From Balanoglossus misakiensis (taxonomy: Eukaryota; Animalia; Hemichordata): 64,000 nucleotides of DNA. The DNA lies in contig CM082581.2 in assembly GCA_040954595.2 (NCBI GenBank), positions 2,596,699 through 2,660,698 of the forward strand, given 5' to 3'. The position numbers and the translations under genes are program-made. The notes below the pieces were generated by a model. That model saw only the letters and a program-made list of their open reading frames with translations. It did no database searches and was not told the origin of the DNA. Positions 24,927 to 33,975 of this stretch are shown in pieces (position 1 is the first letter of the stretch; the number at the start of each line of letters is the position of its first letter).

Positions 24927-27107
24927 TTATACTCTATCGCCTAGAGACACAGCATACAAGTCACACTTGAGACTACGTGGTGCATAACCGTACTTTGTTG
25001 GTATAAGGATCACATCGTCTTCTCCGTGTTCTCCTATCTGCTGAATATCCACTGCCTTTTGGCGTATGAGTGGCCAGAACGGTGGAGTGAATCTGTGTCT
25101 GGGTACGATCACTGTAGCCTTATAGCCTCGCTGAATAACGTGTCGGAGGACAGCATGTACCAGTACAAAGGGTGGATATATATACAGCTTGTCATCCCTC
25201 GAGAAGCTATGGTGAAATATATTCACACCTTCACAGCCAGGCTGTTTGAATGGGGCCACGAACCTCGGCAATTTTGTATTGGAACTGTTTGCCATGGCAT
25301 CTATCTGGTGTGGCCCGAACAATTTCTGAACCTTTTCCCACGCTTTGGGGGTTAGTGCAGCGTCCATCGGCGATATCTCTCTTGACGGCGCGTCTGCTTT
25401 ATTGTCTGATGACTTCACGTATCTAAGCGTCAGCCTGATGTTATTATCCACGCACCAATGAAACAACTTGCGGACTACTTCATTGAGGGCGACTGATTTG
25501 GCTCCCGGGGTACCCTTTGCCCATACTTGTATCAATACCATGGAGTCCACATTTGCGTCAACACGCTTGTCCCGTGTTACATCTTGAAACGCCGTCAGAG
25601 CTCTCAGCAATGCCTCGGCCTCATTTAGCACTATTGGTTTTCCCGCCCATTCGTTCTCCCACATATCGCTGACTATGATATCAGAATCCACCTCATGACT
25701 TTGGTGTAATATCGCACCCCATTTATATGAGCTAGCATCGGTGGAGATGGAAATCTCAACGTGTTCTTCTATAGGCCATTTAAATTTCTGCGCGCTTTCA
25801 ACTATTCTAACCCATTCCATTAGCTCCCCTCTGTGGGCGCTCTTTAAAGCTATCACGGATCTCGCTGTAGAATTGGCTTTTGCCACTACGGTCGCCATTT
25901 GTCTGATATACAACCTAGCACATGGTATGGCTAAGGATAGCGAAATGCATTTGCCCATGATCTTCTGAATTAGGGATAGGTGGGTCATTTTTGCTTGTAA
26001 GACCCCATTAACTAGCTCCAAGAATGAGCATTTTTTCTTCTCTGGTATGGAGAAAGCCATATCTACGGTGTCTACAGTCAGACCCAACATCACCAAGCGT
26101 TGGACTGGTTTCAACACTCTTTTGTCTAGTGATATAAAGTATCCAGCATCGATGCACGTTTTTAACAAAATGAAGGCTGCGGCCTCTGCCAATTGTGCCT
26201 TACCCCAATTCTGTTGATTTTTCCCTCTGGGCAGGCGCAGTGCGCCCCCATGCCGGTCATCTATGTATTGTATACATGGTACACCTAAGGATCTGACATA
26301 ACTAGTAATACAGTAACCTACTGTCTGATATATATATGCAGATAATTTCCATCCAAATGGCAGTGTATTGCAAATATACCAATACCCTGCCCACTGAAAA
26401 CCCACATACACTCTATCGGGTTCTGCTATTCGGATGTGATCATACCCACTCTTATCGTCACACTTAAACTGGTAATCATTACCATCGAGGTATTTTGTGA
26501 CCTCGAGTAATTTATCAAGCGAAAAGGGGATGTCTGAAATCCACAGATTGAGAAAGCGCATGTCTATGCACAGTCGGGGTTTTGTGGGTTCAATCGTTAT
26601 GGGCATAACAATGCGAGGGGGTGGATCACATCCAACTTTTCCAAATCTAGATATAGCCCCAGACTGTAATCTGTCCCCCAAGGTCTTGGCAATAAACTCG
26701 CCAAATTGGCTACATTGGGGGTTGTTGTAAAATGCTTGACAAGGGGGTGCGACATGGTCATAATCTCGGGTCTTAAATTGTCCTTTAAAATGTTGCATGA
26801 ATCGTGAAATGTACACTCCATTAATTAGCCAGTCCATGATCACATCACGGTCAAGTAAACACCGGGTGATATCTTGCCAGAATTCTACATGGTTATGAAG
26901 TTCCCCAGCCTGGAATTCATTGGGGTCTCGGTAAAATAAATCACTTGGCGAAGCATATACTTTTCCCATAGCAACATCTTTGACACTTGGCAGCTCGACA
27001 TATTCCACCTGCCTGGGAGCGCCCTCACATGTAACCCAAGAGTGATATTGTCGTACACAGGACTCCCGATTCACCTCGTACAGGTATTCCCACTCGGGGG
27101 TGTGAAA
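24927..27107 (-). CDS. DIRS-type RT + RNase H + DNA adenine methyltransferase-like domain
   Basis: Motifs KPRLCIDMR, DDKSGYDH, LPFGW, YIDD; TDASSYKWG, NKADAPSR; IDAMAN..N.KL..F and YIYPPF. The ORF is open to 27200, with a strong acceptor at 27108. Confidence 0.93.
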   Translation of the reverse strand, partial: FHTPEWEYLYEVNRESCVRQYHSWVTCEGAPRQVEYVELPSVKDVAMGKVYASPSDLFYRDPNEFQAGELHNHVEFWQDITRCLLDRDVIMDWLINGVYISRFMQHFKGQFKTRDYDHVAPPCQAFYNNPQCSQFGEFIAKTLGDRLQSGAISRFGKVGCDPPPRIVMPITIEPTKPRLCIDMRFLNLWISDIPFSLDKLLEVTKYLDGNDYQFKCDDKSGYDHIRIAEPDRVYVGFQWAGYWYICNTLPFGWKLSAYIYQTVGYCITSYVRSLGVPCIQYIDDRHGGALRLPRGKNQQNWGKAQLAEAAAFILLKTCIDAGYFISLDKRVLKPVQRLVMLGLTVDTVDMAFSIPEKKKCSFLELVNGVLQAKMTHLSLIQKIMGKCISLSLAIPCARLYIRQMATVVAKANSTARSVIALKSAHRGELMEWVRIVESAQKFKWPIEEHVEISISTDASSYKWGAILHQSHEVDSDIIVSDMWENEWAGKPIVLNEAEALLRALTAFQDVTRDKRVDANVDSMVLIQVWAKGTPGAKSVALNEVVRKLFHWCVDNNIRLTLRYVKSSDNKADAPSREISPMDAALTPKAWEKVQKLFGPHQIDAMANSSNTKLPRFVAPFKQPGCEGVNIFHHSFSRDDKLYIYPPFVLVHAVLRHVIQRGYKATVIVPRHRFTPPFWPLIRQKAVDIQQIGEHGEDDVILIPTKYGYAPRSLKCDLYAVSLGDRV

Positions 27108-27309
27108 CTGCAAGAGAACACAAAGGTAATGTAACACTAGTAGGGTTACATGAGGGCGCCCCCAGACAGGACCTGCATATGCAGGTTGCTGAAACAGCAA
27201 AGGGCTTCTTGAGGTAGCCCCCCTGCCCAGGGGATAATGAAAAGGCCAGACACAATATAGATTATATTACGTTTTATTACATTTCAAGCATCAAGCCAAA
27301 TTGTATACA

Positions 27310-27777
27310 TTATTCTTTCTTTTTGTCACAACTTCTAGCGAAGTGACCTGGTAATCCACAAACATAACACTTTCCATCTCTATTTTCACGGTACTGATCA
27401 CCCCCTCTCCATCTTGGGCGATTATAGGGCGCAGGACGGCTCTTTGCATGCTGCATAAATTTGTTAACCTTGGATGCGATTTCTGCTTCCTCTTTGTTGC
27501 CTAGCAACAGTACTATCAGTCGCCCAGCCTCATCTCCAAAGTCATTGGATTCAAACTGTGACAGGACTGCCCTGTATCGATGCAACTTTGAGTGGCCAAT
27601 AGACGTGGCGCGGTCGACCAATGCCCTCAACGCACTCAGCAACTGGCTGCGAGATGTGACAGAGGGGTTATGTGCCAAATCCATCACTTTTTGCAATGCC
27701 TCGTCTACCGATGCCGTTCCACTGGACTGCACCATTTGTTCCATCTGTCTCTGTAACTCAGTAAGCTGTCGCTTCAC
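27310..27777 (-). CDS. gag-like ORF, putative exon 2 (coiled coil + CCHC knuckle)
   Basis: Contains CYVCGLPGHFARSC. It begins with GTG immediately after TTCTTGCTATATTTTAG. Confidence 0.85.
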   Translation of the reverse strand: MKRQLTELQRQMEQMVQSSGTASVDEALQKVMDLAHNPSVTSRSQLLSALRALVDRATSIGHSKLHRYRAVLSQFESNDFGDEAGRLIVLLLGNKEEAEIASKVNKFMQHAKSRPAPYNRPRWRGGDQYRENRDGKCYVCGLPGHFARSCDKKKE

Positions 27778-27971
27778 CTAAAATATAGCAAGAACATTCT
27801 CATAATCATCTAACCAAAGACACTCTAGAACCAGTATGCAATATGCGCTGCCTTCACATCTATTTATACTACTAGGTATTACCCATAGCACACAAAGCCA
27901 GGTTATCGTAATAATCGAGCTGCACGCCCCACCCCGGGCCCCACCATATAATCGAGCTTCCAAGTTTCTCG

Positions 27972-28289
27972 GTATAATCGGGCCTACACGCCCCACGACA
28001 TAATCGGGCCTACACGCCCCACGACATAATCGGGCCTACACGCCCCTCTATATAATCAGACCTACACGCCCCTCGATATAATCGGACCTACACGCCCCAC
28101 GATATAATCGGGCCTACACGCCCCACGATATAATCGGGCCTACACGCCCCACGATATAATCGGGCCTACACGCCCCACGATATAATCGGGCCTACACGCC
28201 CCACGATATAATCGGGCCTACACGCCCACGATATAATCGGGCCTACACGCCCACGCTATAATCGGGCCTACACGCCCCTCGATATAATC
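27972..28289 (+). repeat. 26-bp minisatellite (about 12 copies) within the putative PAT intron
   Basis: GATATAATCGGGCCTACACGCCCCAC repeated head-to-tail without spacers. Confidence 0.95.
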
Positions 28290-28639
28290 AATATAGTCAA
28301 TACGATGAAGAATACACTATATAGCGACTGACAATGTACACGTACATATATACATACATGGTTATGGGTAGAGACCCCGGGAAAGGCATGCAGAATGTGG
28401 GGAAGGCCATAGATGTTCATGCTACGTCAGTCTACATCATGCCGTGGGTGACAAGCGCGAACAATGGCCTAGGTGAAATGTAACAATAAAAACACACGCC
28501 CGACATCACGGGGATGAAATGAAGCAATGAAAGCACACCTTGCGTCACAACGGGAATGAATGGAGGCAATGAAGACATGCACGCAAAAACGCATGTAAAA
28601 CACGAGATGAAATAAGCAATGTACGTGAAACCACTAACA

Positions 28640-28840
28640 GATGAACGTAGTGATAGCACGACCGGATGAAATGAACAATGTACGGCTGAATGGACATGAA
28701 AACACAAAGCGATGAAATGAACAATGTAGTGATAGCACAACCGGGTGAAATGAACAATGTACGGCTGAATGGACATGAAAACACAAAGCGGTGAAATGAA
28801 CAATGAAGTGATAGCACGACCAATTGAAATGAGCAATGCA
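28640..28840 (+). repeat. ~80-bp tandem repeat (about 2.5 copies) within the putative PAT intron
   Basis: TGAAATGAACAATGTACGGCTGAATGGACATGAAAACACAAAGCG recurs at about 28667 and 28746. Confidence 0.85.
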
Positions 28841-29038
28841 CATGGAAACGGGTGCAACAGGTGTCAGAAAGTTACGCAATGAATGAATCGAGAAGGCAAC
28901 AGACACTCGGCGTCTCAGTGCACATGCGGAAAACTATGAAATGAATAAAAAATGACGAACGCACAGCTGGATACACATATAAAACAAGAATTCACAACAC
29001 GACGACAGAGAAAAAACAAGAAACACAAAACTATTTAC

Positions 29039-29317
29039 CTCCGTTTCTCCGGCTACTGCAGCATTTTCTACATTCCCTTGCACACGGTCTAGGCTGTCGC
29101 GGTTTCCTCTTCTAGGTCTTGCACCTGTACCTGCGGTAGTGGGCGTTTGCTGGGTTGCTGTCTGCGATTCACCATGGGCTTCAATGTTACCTTGGGAAGT
29201 AGAAGGCCGATGCGCTGCAACAAACGCTGCCGCAGCTACATTTGGCGTCACGGTGGTTGCAACCTGAGTTATTGTGGCTTCTGGCTGGGCGGGCTGATCA
29301 GTACCATTGGATGCCAT
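29039..29317 (-). CDS. Putative 93-codon leader exon of the PAT-like element
   Basis: First ATG downstream of repeat A1. It encodes the A/T/Q-rich peptide MASNGTDQ...AGETE and is followed by the donor GAG|GTAAAT, after which the composition shifts to T-rich. Confidence 0.7.
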
Positions 29318-29468
29318 GCTCTCCTTTGCCGCTGCACCTGCTCTCGTGGTTGAAGTGTGGGAAGTGTGCTCTAGGTACCGAACGTACTATATATATGGTC
29401 CTAATGAATATTCATTAGCTCATTAGCATATGCGGATTAATTATCGCGGTGTGATGCGGTTTTAAATA

Positions 29469-31931
29469 TAGGATAATTTGTCTGTCATCCAGGGGAAGTT
29501 GTTCGCCAGTGATCTGGTCTCGTTGAGTCCATATTTCTCTAGCGGATAATCCATCACGTCTAATCCTAGCATTCATGCTTGCCGTTGCTAGTGCCAACGT
29601 GACACTAGTCAGGGGACCCCCATCTGGATTGATGTTCAGGCATTCAAGGCCTAATTCCTTCATTGCATTTTCAGCTACTGGGTTTTTATTTACATTCTTC
29701 ACCTCGCCAATGTCCAGCTTGATATGTAGTTTTCTCAAAAGAGGGTCTTTGGTAAGAGCGATTAATCCAGGACCTGAGTCGATACGGATCGTTATTTCAT
29801 CATCTCCAAGTGGCCGAATGCCAGCACAAAGGGATATGATAGCATCTCTTATTGTATCATGGCGCTCATTGTCAATAAGTGTTGTCATGGTAAATGATGA
29901 TGCGGTTTCACGAAGTACAAAAACACATTGTCTGTATCTTCGCATGATGTCTGCAGCATACGACCGCCCAATCTGGTGTTGGGGAGGTGAAGTGGACTGT
30001 GGGATCAGACTTGTAGGCACATATTTTAGTGAGAGACAATGGTGGCAAGTAAGACAAGTGTTTTCGATGGCCTTGTCCATATCGAGTGCGTAGAAGTATC
30101 TTTGAAGGAGGCGTTTCATCTGGTGTTTAGTGGGATGATGGAAACGTATATGAATAGCAGTGAGTAATCCATCGATGACACTTCTAGGCACTACTATACG
30201 TTCTCTGGTAGGTTGAAATGGCTGATTATCAGTCACTACTAAGAGACCATCGTTGGCAATGGTAACATCGCGCAGATACCGTTTGACATCTTGTATTTTA
30301 ACCAACTTCTTAGATGGCCGGGTACCTTGCGCCAAATGAGAATGGGTGCGCCGCAGATCTGGGCATTCAAGTTGAACGGCTCTCCAAGCTGCGCGATTCG
30401 TAAAGGACATCTTTGCTGTCCCCTCAATCACATCTGAGATGGAAATAGAGCGGATAACGGACTCTTCCATATCGACAATGAACTTGCAAACTTGACAGCT
30501 CTTGTCAGTACATTCGGCAGGATGACGGCTTGCGTAATCTGTTGGAATATTAGCTACACCTGCTATATGTTGTACATTGATAAGGTAGCGGCTAACAATC
30601 GATAGGAAAGTAGATACCCGTGAACTGGTCGAGAACTCACCTCGTTTTAGTTTTTCATATGCCTGTACACATGGCCTGCTGTCTGTCAGGAGCTGCGTTG
30701 CGTGCTTTGATTGAAGAATATATGGCGCAAAGTGCTTGACTGCTGCTCCGATGCAAAGAGCTTCAATTTCACAAGGTAACCATGTGATTTGGTGTTTTCT
30801 CAGTTTTGCACTGAAAAAGCCGGACAGGCGCAATTTGTTACCTCGACACGAATATAGAGTAGCTGCTATCCCCCTTTCTTTTACAGAGCCATCAGTAACG
30901 ATCCATAACTGGTCATCTGGGTGTGGAACAGTGATGGTTTTGTTATTTTTCAATGCTTCCTGTGATGCTCTGAAAGACTGTAGAAGGTCATCTGACCAGG
31001 ATACTTTCTCTTGAGACTGTCTACCTGCTGTAGCTCTGTCCAATGGGTCCAACAAATCCGCATAGCCTTTGAGTACACGGCTTAAAGCTTTGTAGGCTCC
31101 TACGAAGGACCGTAGACCTTGGACAGTAGCTGGCGGATTTACAGATGCTAATGCTGCTATTCTATGCGGGCTAGCCTTCAAAGTTCCGTTAGCCCATATC
31201 CAACCAAGGATGGTAGTAGATTTTGGACATATCACTGTCTTCCTGGCTGACACACGTAAGTTGTTTGCTTGCAAGCAAGAAAGTGTTCTCTTCAAGTTTT
31301 GCAGAGTCTCTTGCTGAGTGCTACCGCCAACGTACAAATCATCAGCTATTTTAGTGACGCATCCTTCTTGTATTAGACGTCCAAGCACTCTACTCATCAG
31401 TTCTTCCAAGCACGTTTCGGACCCAGGCATCCCCATTGCAGAACGTGTATAAACTCGTATGCCCTTAAATGGGGTTGCTACTCCACAATATTTCATGGAT
31501 TTTGCTGCTAGGGGAATCTGATAATAAGCTTGGTTGAGGTCAGTTTTGATGACATAGTTCCATCTTGCTACATCGCGTAGGACATTGTCCACATTAGACA
31601 TAAGTGATGGCTGTGGTTTACTATACTGACCAACTTCACCAAATGATGTGACCAAGCGGTTTCCTCCATTTGGTTTCTTTACTAGAAAGGACAGATTTAG
31701 ATATTCCACTGTTGTGTTTACATCTTCTGGTTTGGCGAAAACCCCAACGGCTTCTAGCTCATCAAACTTGTCCTGTAGTGTAATTAATGTTTCTCGGTTG
31801 TAATGAGGGAGCCGACCTTTCCTTTGTGGAGGTAATACCGGGCCCATATTGACGGTGGCTTCAATACGCCCACTAGCTCCATTATATTTAGATATTGTCG
31901 GATTGAAGACATCATCATATTGTTGATGCAA
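29469..31931 (-). CDS. RT, RNase H and integrase core of the Gypsy-like element
   Basis: Motifs FLVKKPNGGNRLV, KTDLNQAYYQIPL, MGMPGS, KIADDLYVGG, VTDGS, LLTDS, HHCC (H..FHH..CLTCHHC) and D-D-E (AADI/RIDS/VAEN). Confidence 0.92.
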
Positions 31932-33626
31932 TTTGATAAATTCATCCTTAATGGAGCGTGTAAGTTGATTGTCTGGGTCAAGGGATATTCCAGATGAGAA
32001 TGGTTAACGTACACCGGTACTTGGCAAAGCAGAAGTAGTGGACTGGGTACTTTTACCTGCGTCAGACAAAGGAGCAGGAGATAGTAGTCGTACAGGAGGG
32101 GGGTGTTTCAAGTTCGATAAATTCCCCTGGAAGTAGAGTACGTTTTGATGGACAACGGATTAAATAGGCTTGTGTACGGCGGATCGAAGCAGTGTGGTGT
32201 TGTTGCTGGCCATAATAAATAATATCTGACCCTTTGATAACGATCTGCCTCTTAGCAGGGCGTGTAGCGATATCATTACTGACATGAAAGGGATTCCCAG
32301 CCAAGACATCAACATCAAGGTTTTCCACCACCAAAGCATCTAAAGTAAAGGTATAACTTCCTCGTGACAATTGGCAGTGAACTTCTCCAATGACATCCAT
32401 TGGCGTAATCCCGTCAGCCTGGCGGGCCATCTGTGAAGCAGGGGTTATAGGTAGACCAATAGATCTAGCAAAAGCAGACTTGATCATATTTGTAGTTGCA
32501 CCTGTATCAAGAGTTACCTTCACAGGATAATGCTGGTAGAATGTTTTGAGAAAGGGCGACTGAATTATATTGACACGCATGACATGTGGTTCATCGATGA
32601 GGGCATTTACAGGATTCTCGTCTGGTCTGGATTCGTAATCAACTGTATCGGAGGGATTGTAATAATCAATCTCTTCATCATCATTCTGAACATAACGGGA
32701 GCGACTGAAGTTCGCTCTGGTAGAAATCTGCAGTCGACGAGGGAGTGTGACGTGAAATTTTGTCTACCTGCAGTTCTACATAAGATACATGATTTTACAG
32801 GCTGTCTACGACGTGGAAATGGCCGGTTTGTACGCGAAAACGGCTTATATGGCTGTGGCTTATAAGCATTAAAAATGCCGGTACGCATAACTTTGCTGTC
32901 CTCTATGCTATGCAACTCATCTAAAAGTGATGGCATTGCCTGAGAGATTTCCGGTTTAAGTGAAGCGAGCGATTTATTGCGTAAGTCAGATCCGTATTTT
33001 TGTTTGACCAGTTGAGGTAAGCCAGGGTTGACCAACTGCAGCCAAAGAAAGACAATAGTATTTTCTAAAGTTGGTGTAACATCTTCATCTGCAGTAATAA
33101 CTTCACCGTGGTGAGTGATGCCACCTTCTCTGGTCAGGAGATTATCGTCATAGAATGCGACGATGCGTTGATAAAGATCTTCCGGCTTTTCGTCGGGTTG
33201 TAAGCGAATGCTACTCAAATCGAGAAAGTGCGCTCCTGTTGATTGGAAGCCATAATGTTGACGAATTTTCTGCCATATGTCATTTAATGACGTCGACTGC
33301 TTTATAATAGAGTTCCTTGAGATAATCGAACAATAATTTGCTATTTGACCTAACATAAGGCCAAGATGAGCGTTTTTCTGTGCAGCAGTCTGCCTTTGGT
33401 TTTCAGGAATTGTCTCATCATCGTCAACAAGACCTCTGTAAGGATTGGCTGAGGTTTTCTTGTGCCAAGTAAATCCGTCTCTCAAAAATACTCGAAAATT
33501 CGGGTCCAGTGACAAGATGTATATCAAGTTTTGTTTCCAATTTTCGAAGGAGTTTATGGTCTCGCACTTCGTGAGTTGCCATTGTTTCGGTGCACGAGCA
33601 GTGGCCATTGTGCATAAATTACACAA
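31932..33626 (-). pseudogene. gag-protease of the Gypsy-like element, frameshifted by 10-bp and ~179-bp deletions
   Basis: Compared with the left copy: CCAGATGAAGATAGAGCG becomes CCAGAGCG near 32716, and left-copy 21406-21584 is missing near 32092. Confidence 0.88.
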
Positions 33627-33975
33627 GGAACAATAGAACTTGATGTCGATAGTTACGTAAGTACTGCAACAAGGCTATAAATAGGTACCTGAGATGGTGC
33701 CTGTGACGAATGTTTTTCCTACCGTAACGTACGTCGGTGAACTTTTCAACAGCTCAGCTTGGTTGCATTTAAATAGCCTGCATGGGTATTTGGTCCATAT
33801 AGTCTTCTCTTTGTTGAAGGCTTCTTAGCGGTCGTGGACTCGAAAACCGCTGCCACCACGGCAATAAAGACAGACCAACTTGACGTGCAATGAACTGCAA
33901 CCGTTTAATAGCGATCAATAATAATAGACAACGAACAGCAAACACACATACTTAGTAAATAACATTACCATAACA

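Larger units (their letters stand above)
22703..29468 (-). mobile_element. PAT-like tyrosine-recombinase (DIRS-order) retrotransposon with split direct repeats
   Basis: A1 29341-29468 matches A2 22933-23060, and B1 23061-23138 matches B2 22703-22780; the order is A1-ORFs-B1-A2-B2. It has gag, RT-RH-MT and YR ORFs and no target-site duplication. Confidence 0.92.
21979..33975 (-). mobile_element. Gypsy-like LTR retrotransposon (RT motif IADD), near full coding region, lacking a 3' LTR, interrupted by a PAT-like element
   Basis: PBS at 33846-33858 (TGGTGGCAGCGGT); gag 32607-33626; protease 32062-32580; RT/RH/IN 29469-31931; integrase tail 22070-22702. Domain order is PR-RT-RH-IN. Confidence 0.88.

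Noticed and set aside
23519-27200. Prophage integrase plus restriction-modification methylase, or a retron
   Set aside because: YR, MT, RT-RH and gag with split direct repeats form a DIRS-order retrotransposon.
27972-28289. Possible CRISPR array (26-bp repeats)
   Set aside because: Units are head-to-tail with no unique spacers, there are no cas genes, and the context is eukaryotic retroelement DNA.
28432-28906. H/F/C-rich ORFs in three frames
   Set aside because: They are translations of an ~80-bp tandem repeat within the putative intron.
29415-29468. C-terminus YLKPHHTAIINPHMLMS of the 838-aa ORF
   Set aside because: This is read-through into the inserted PAT terminal repeat, not native protein.
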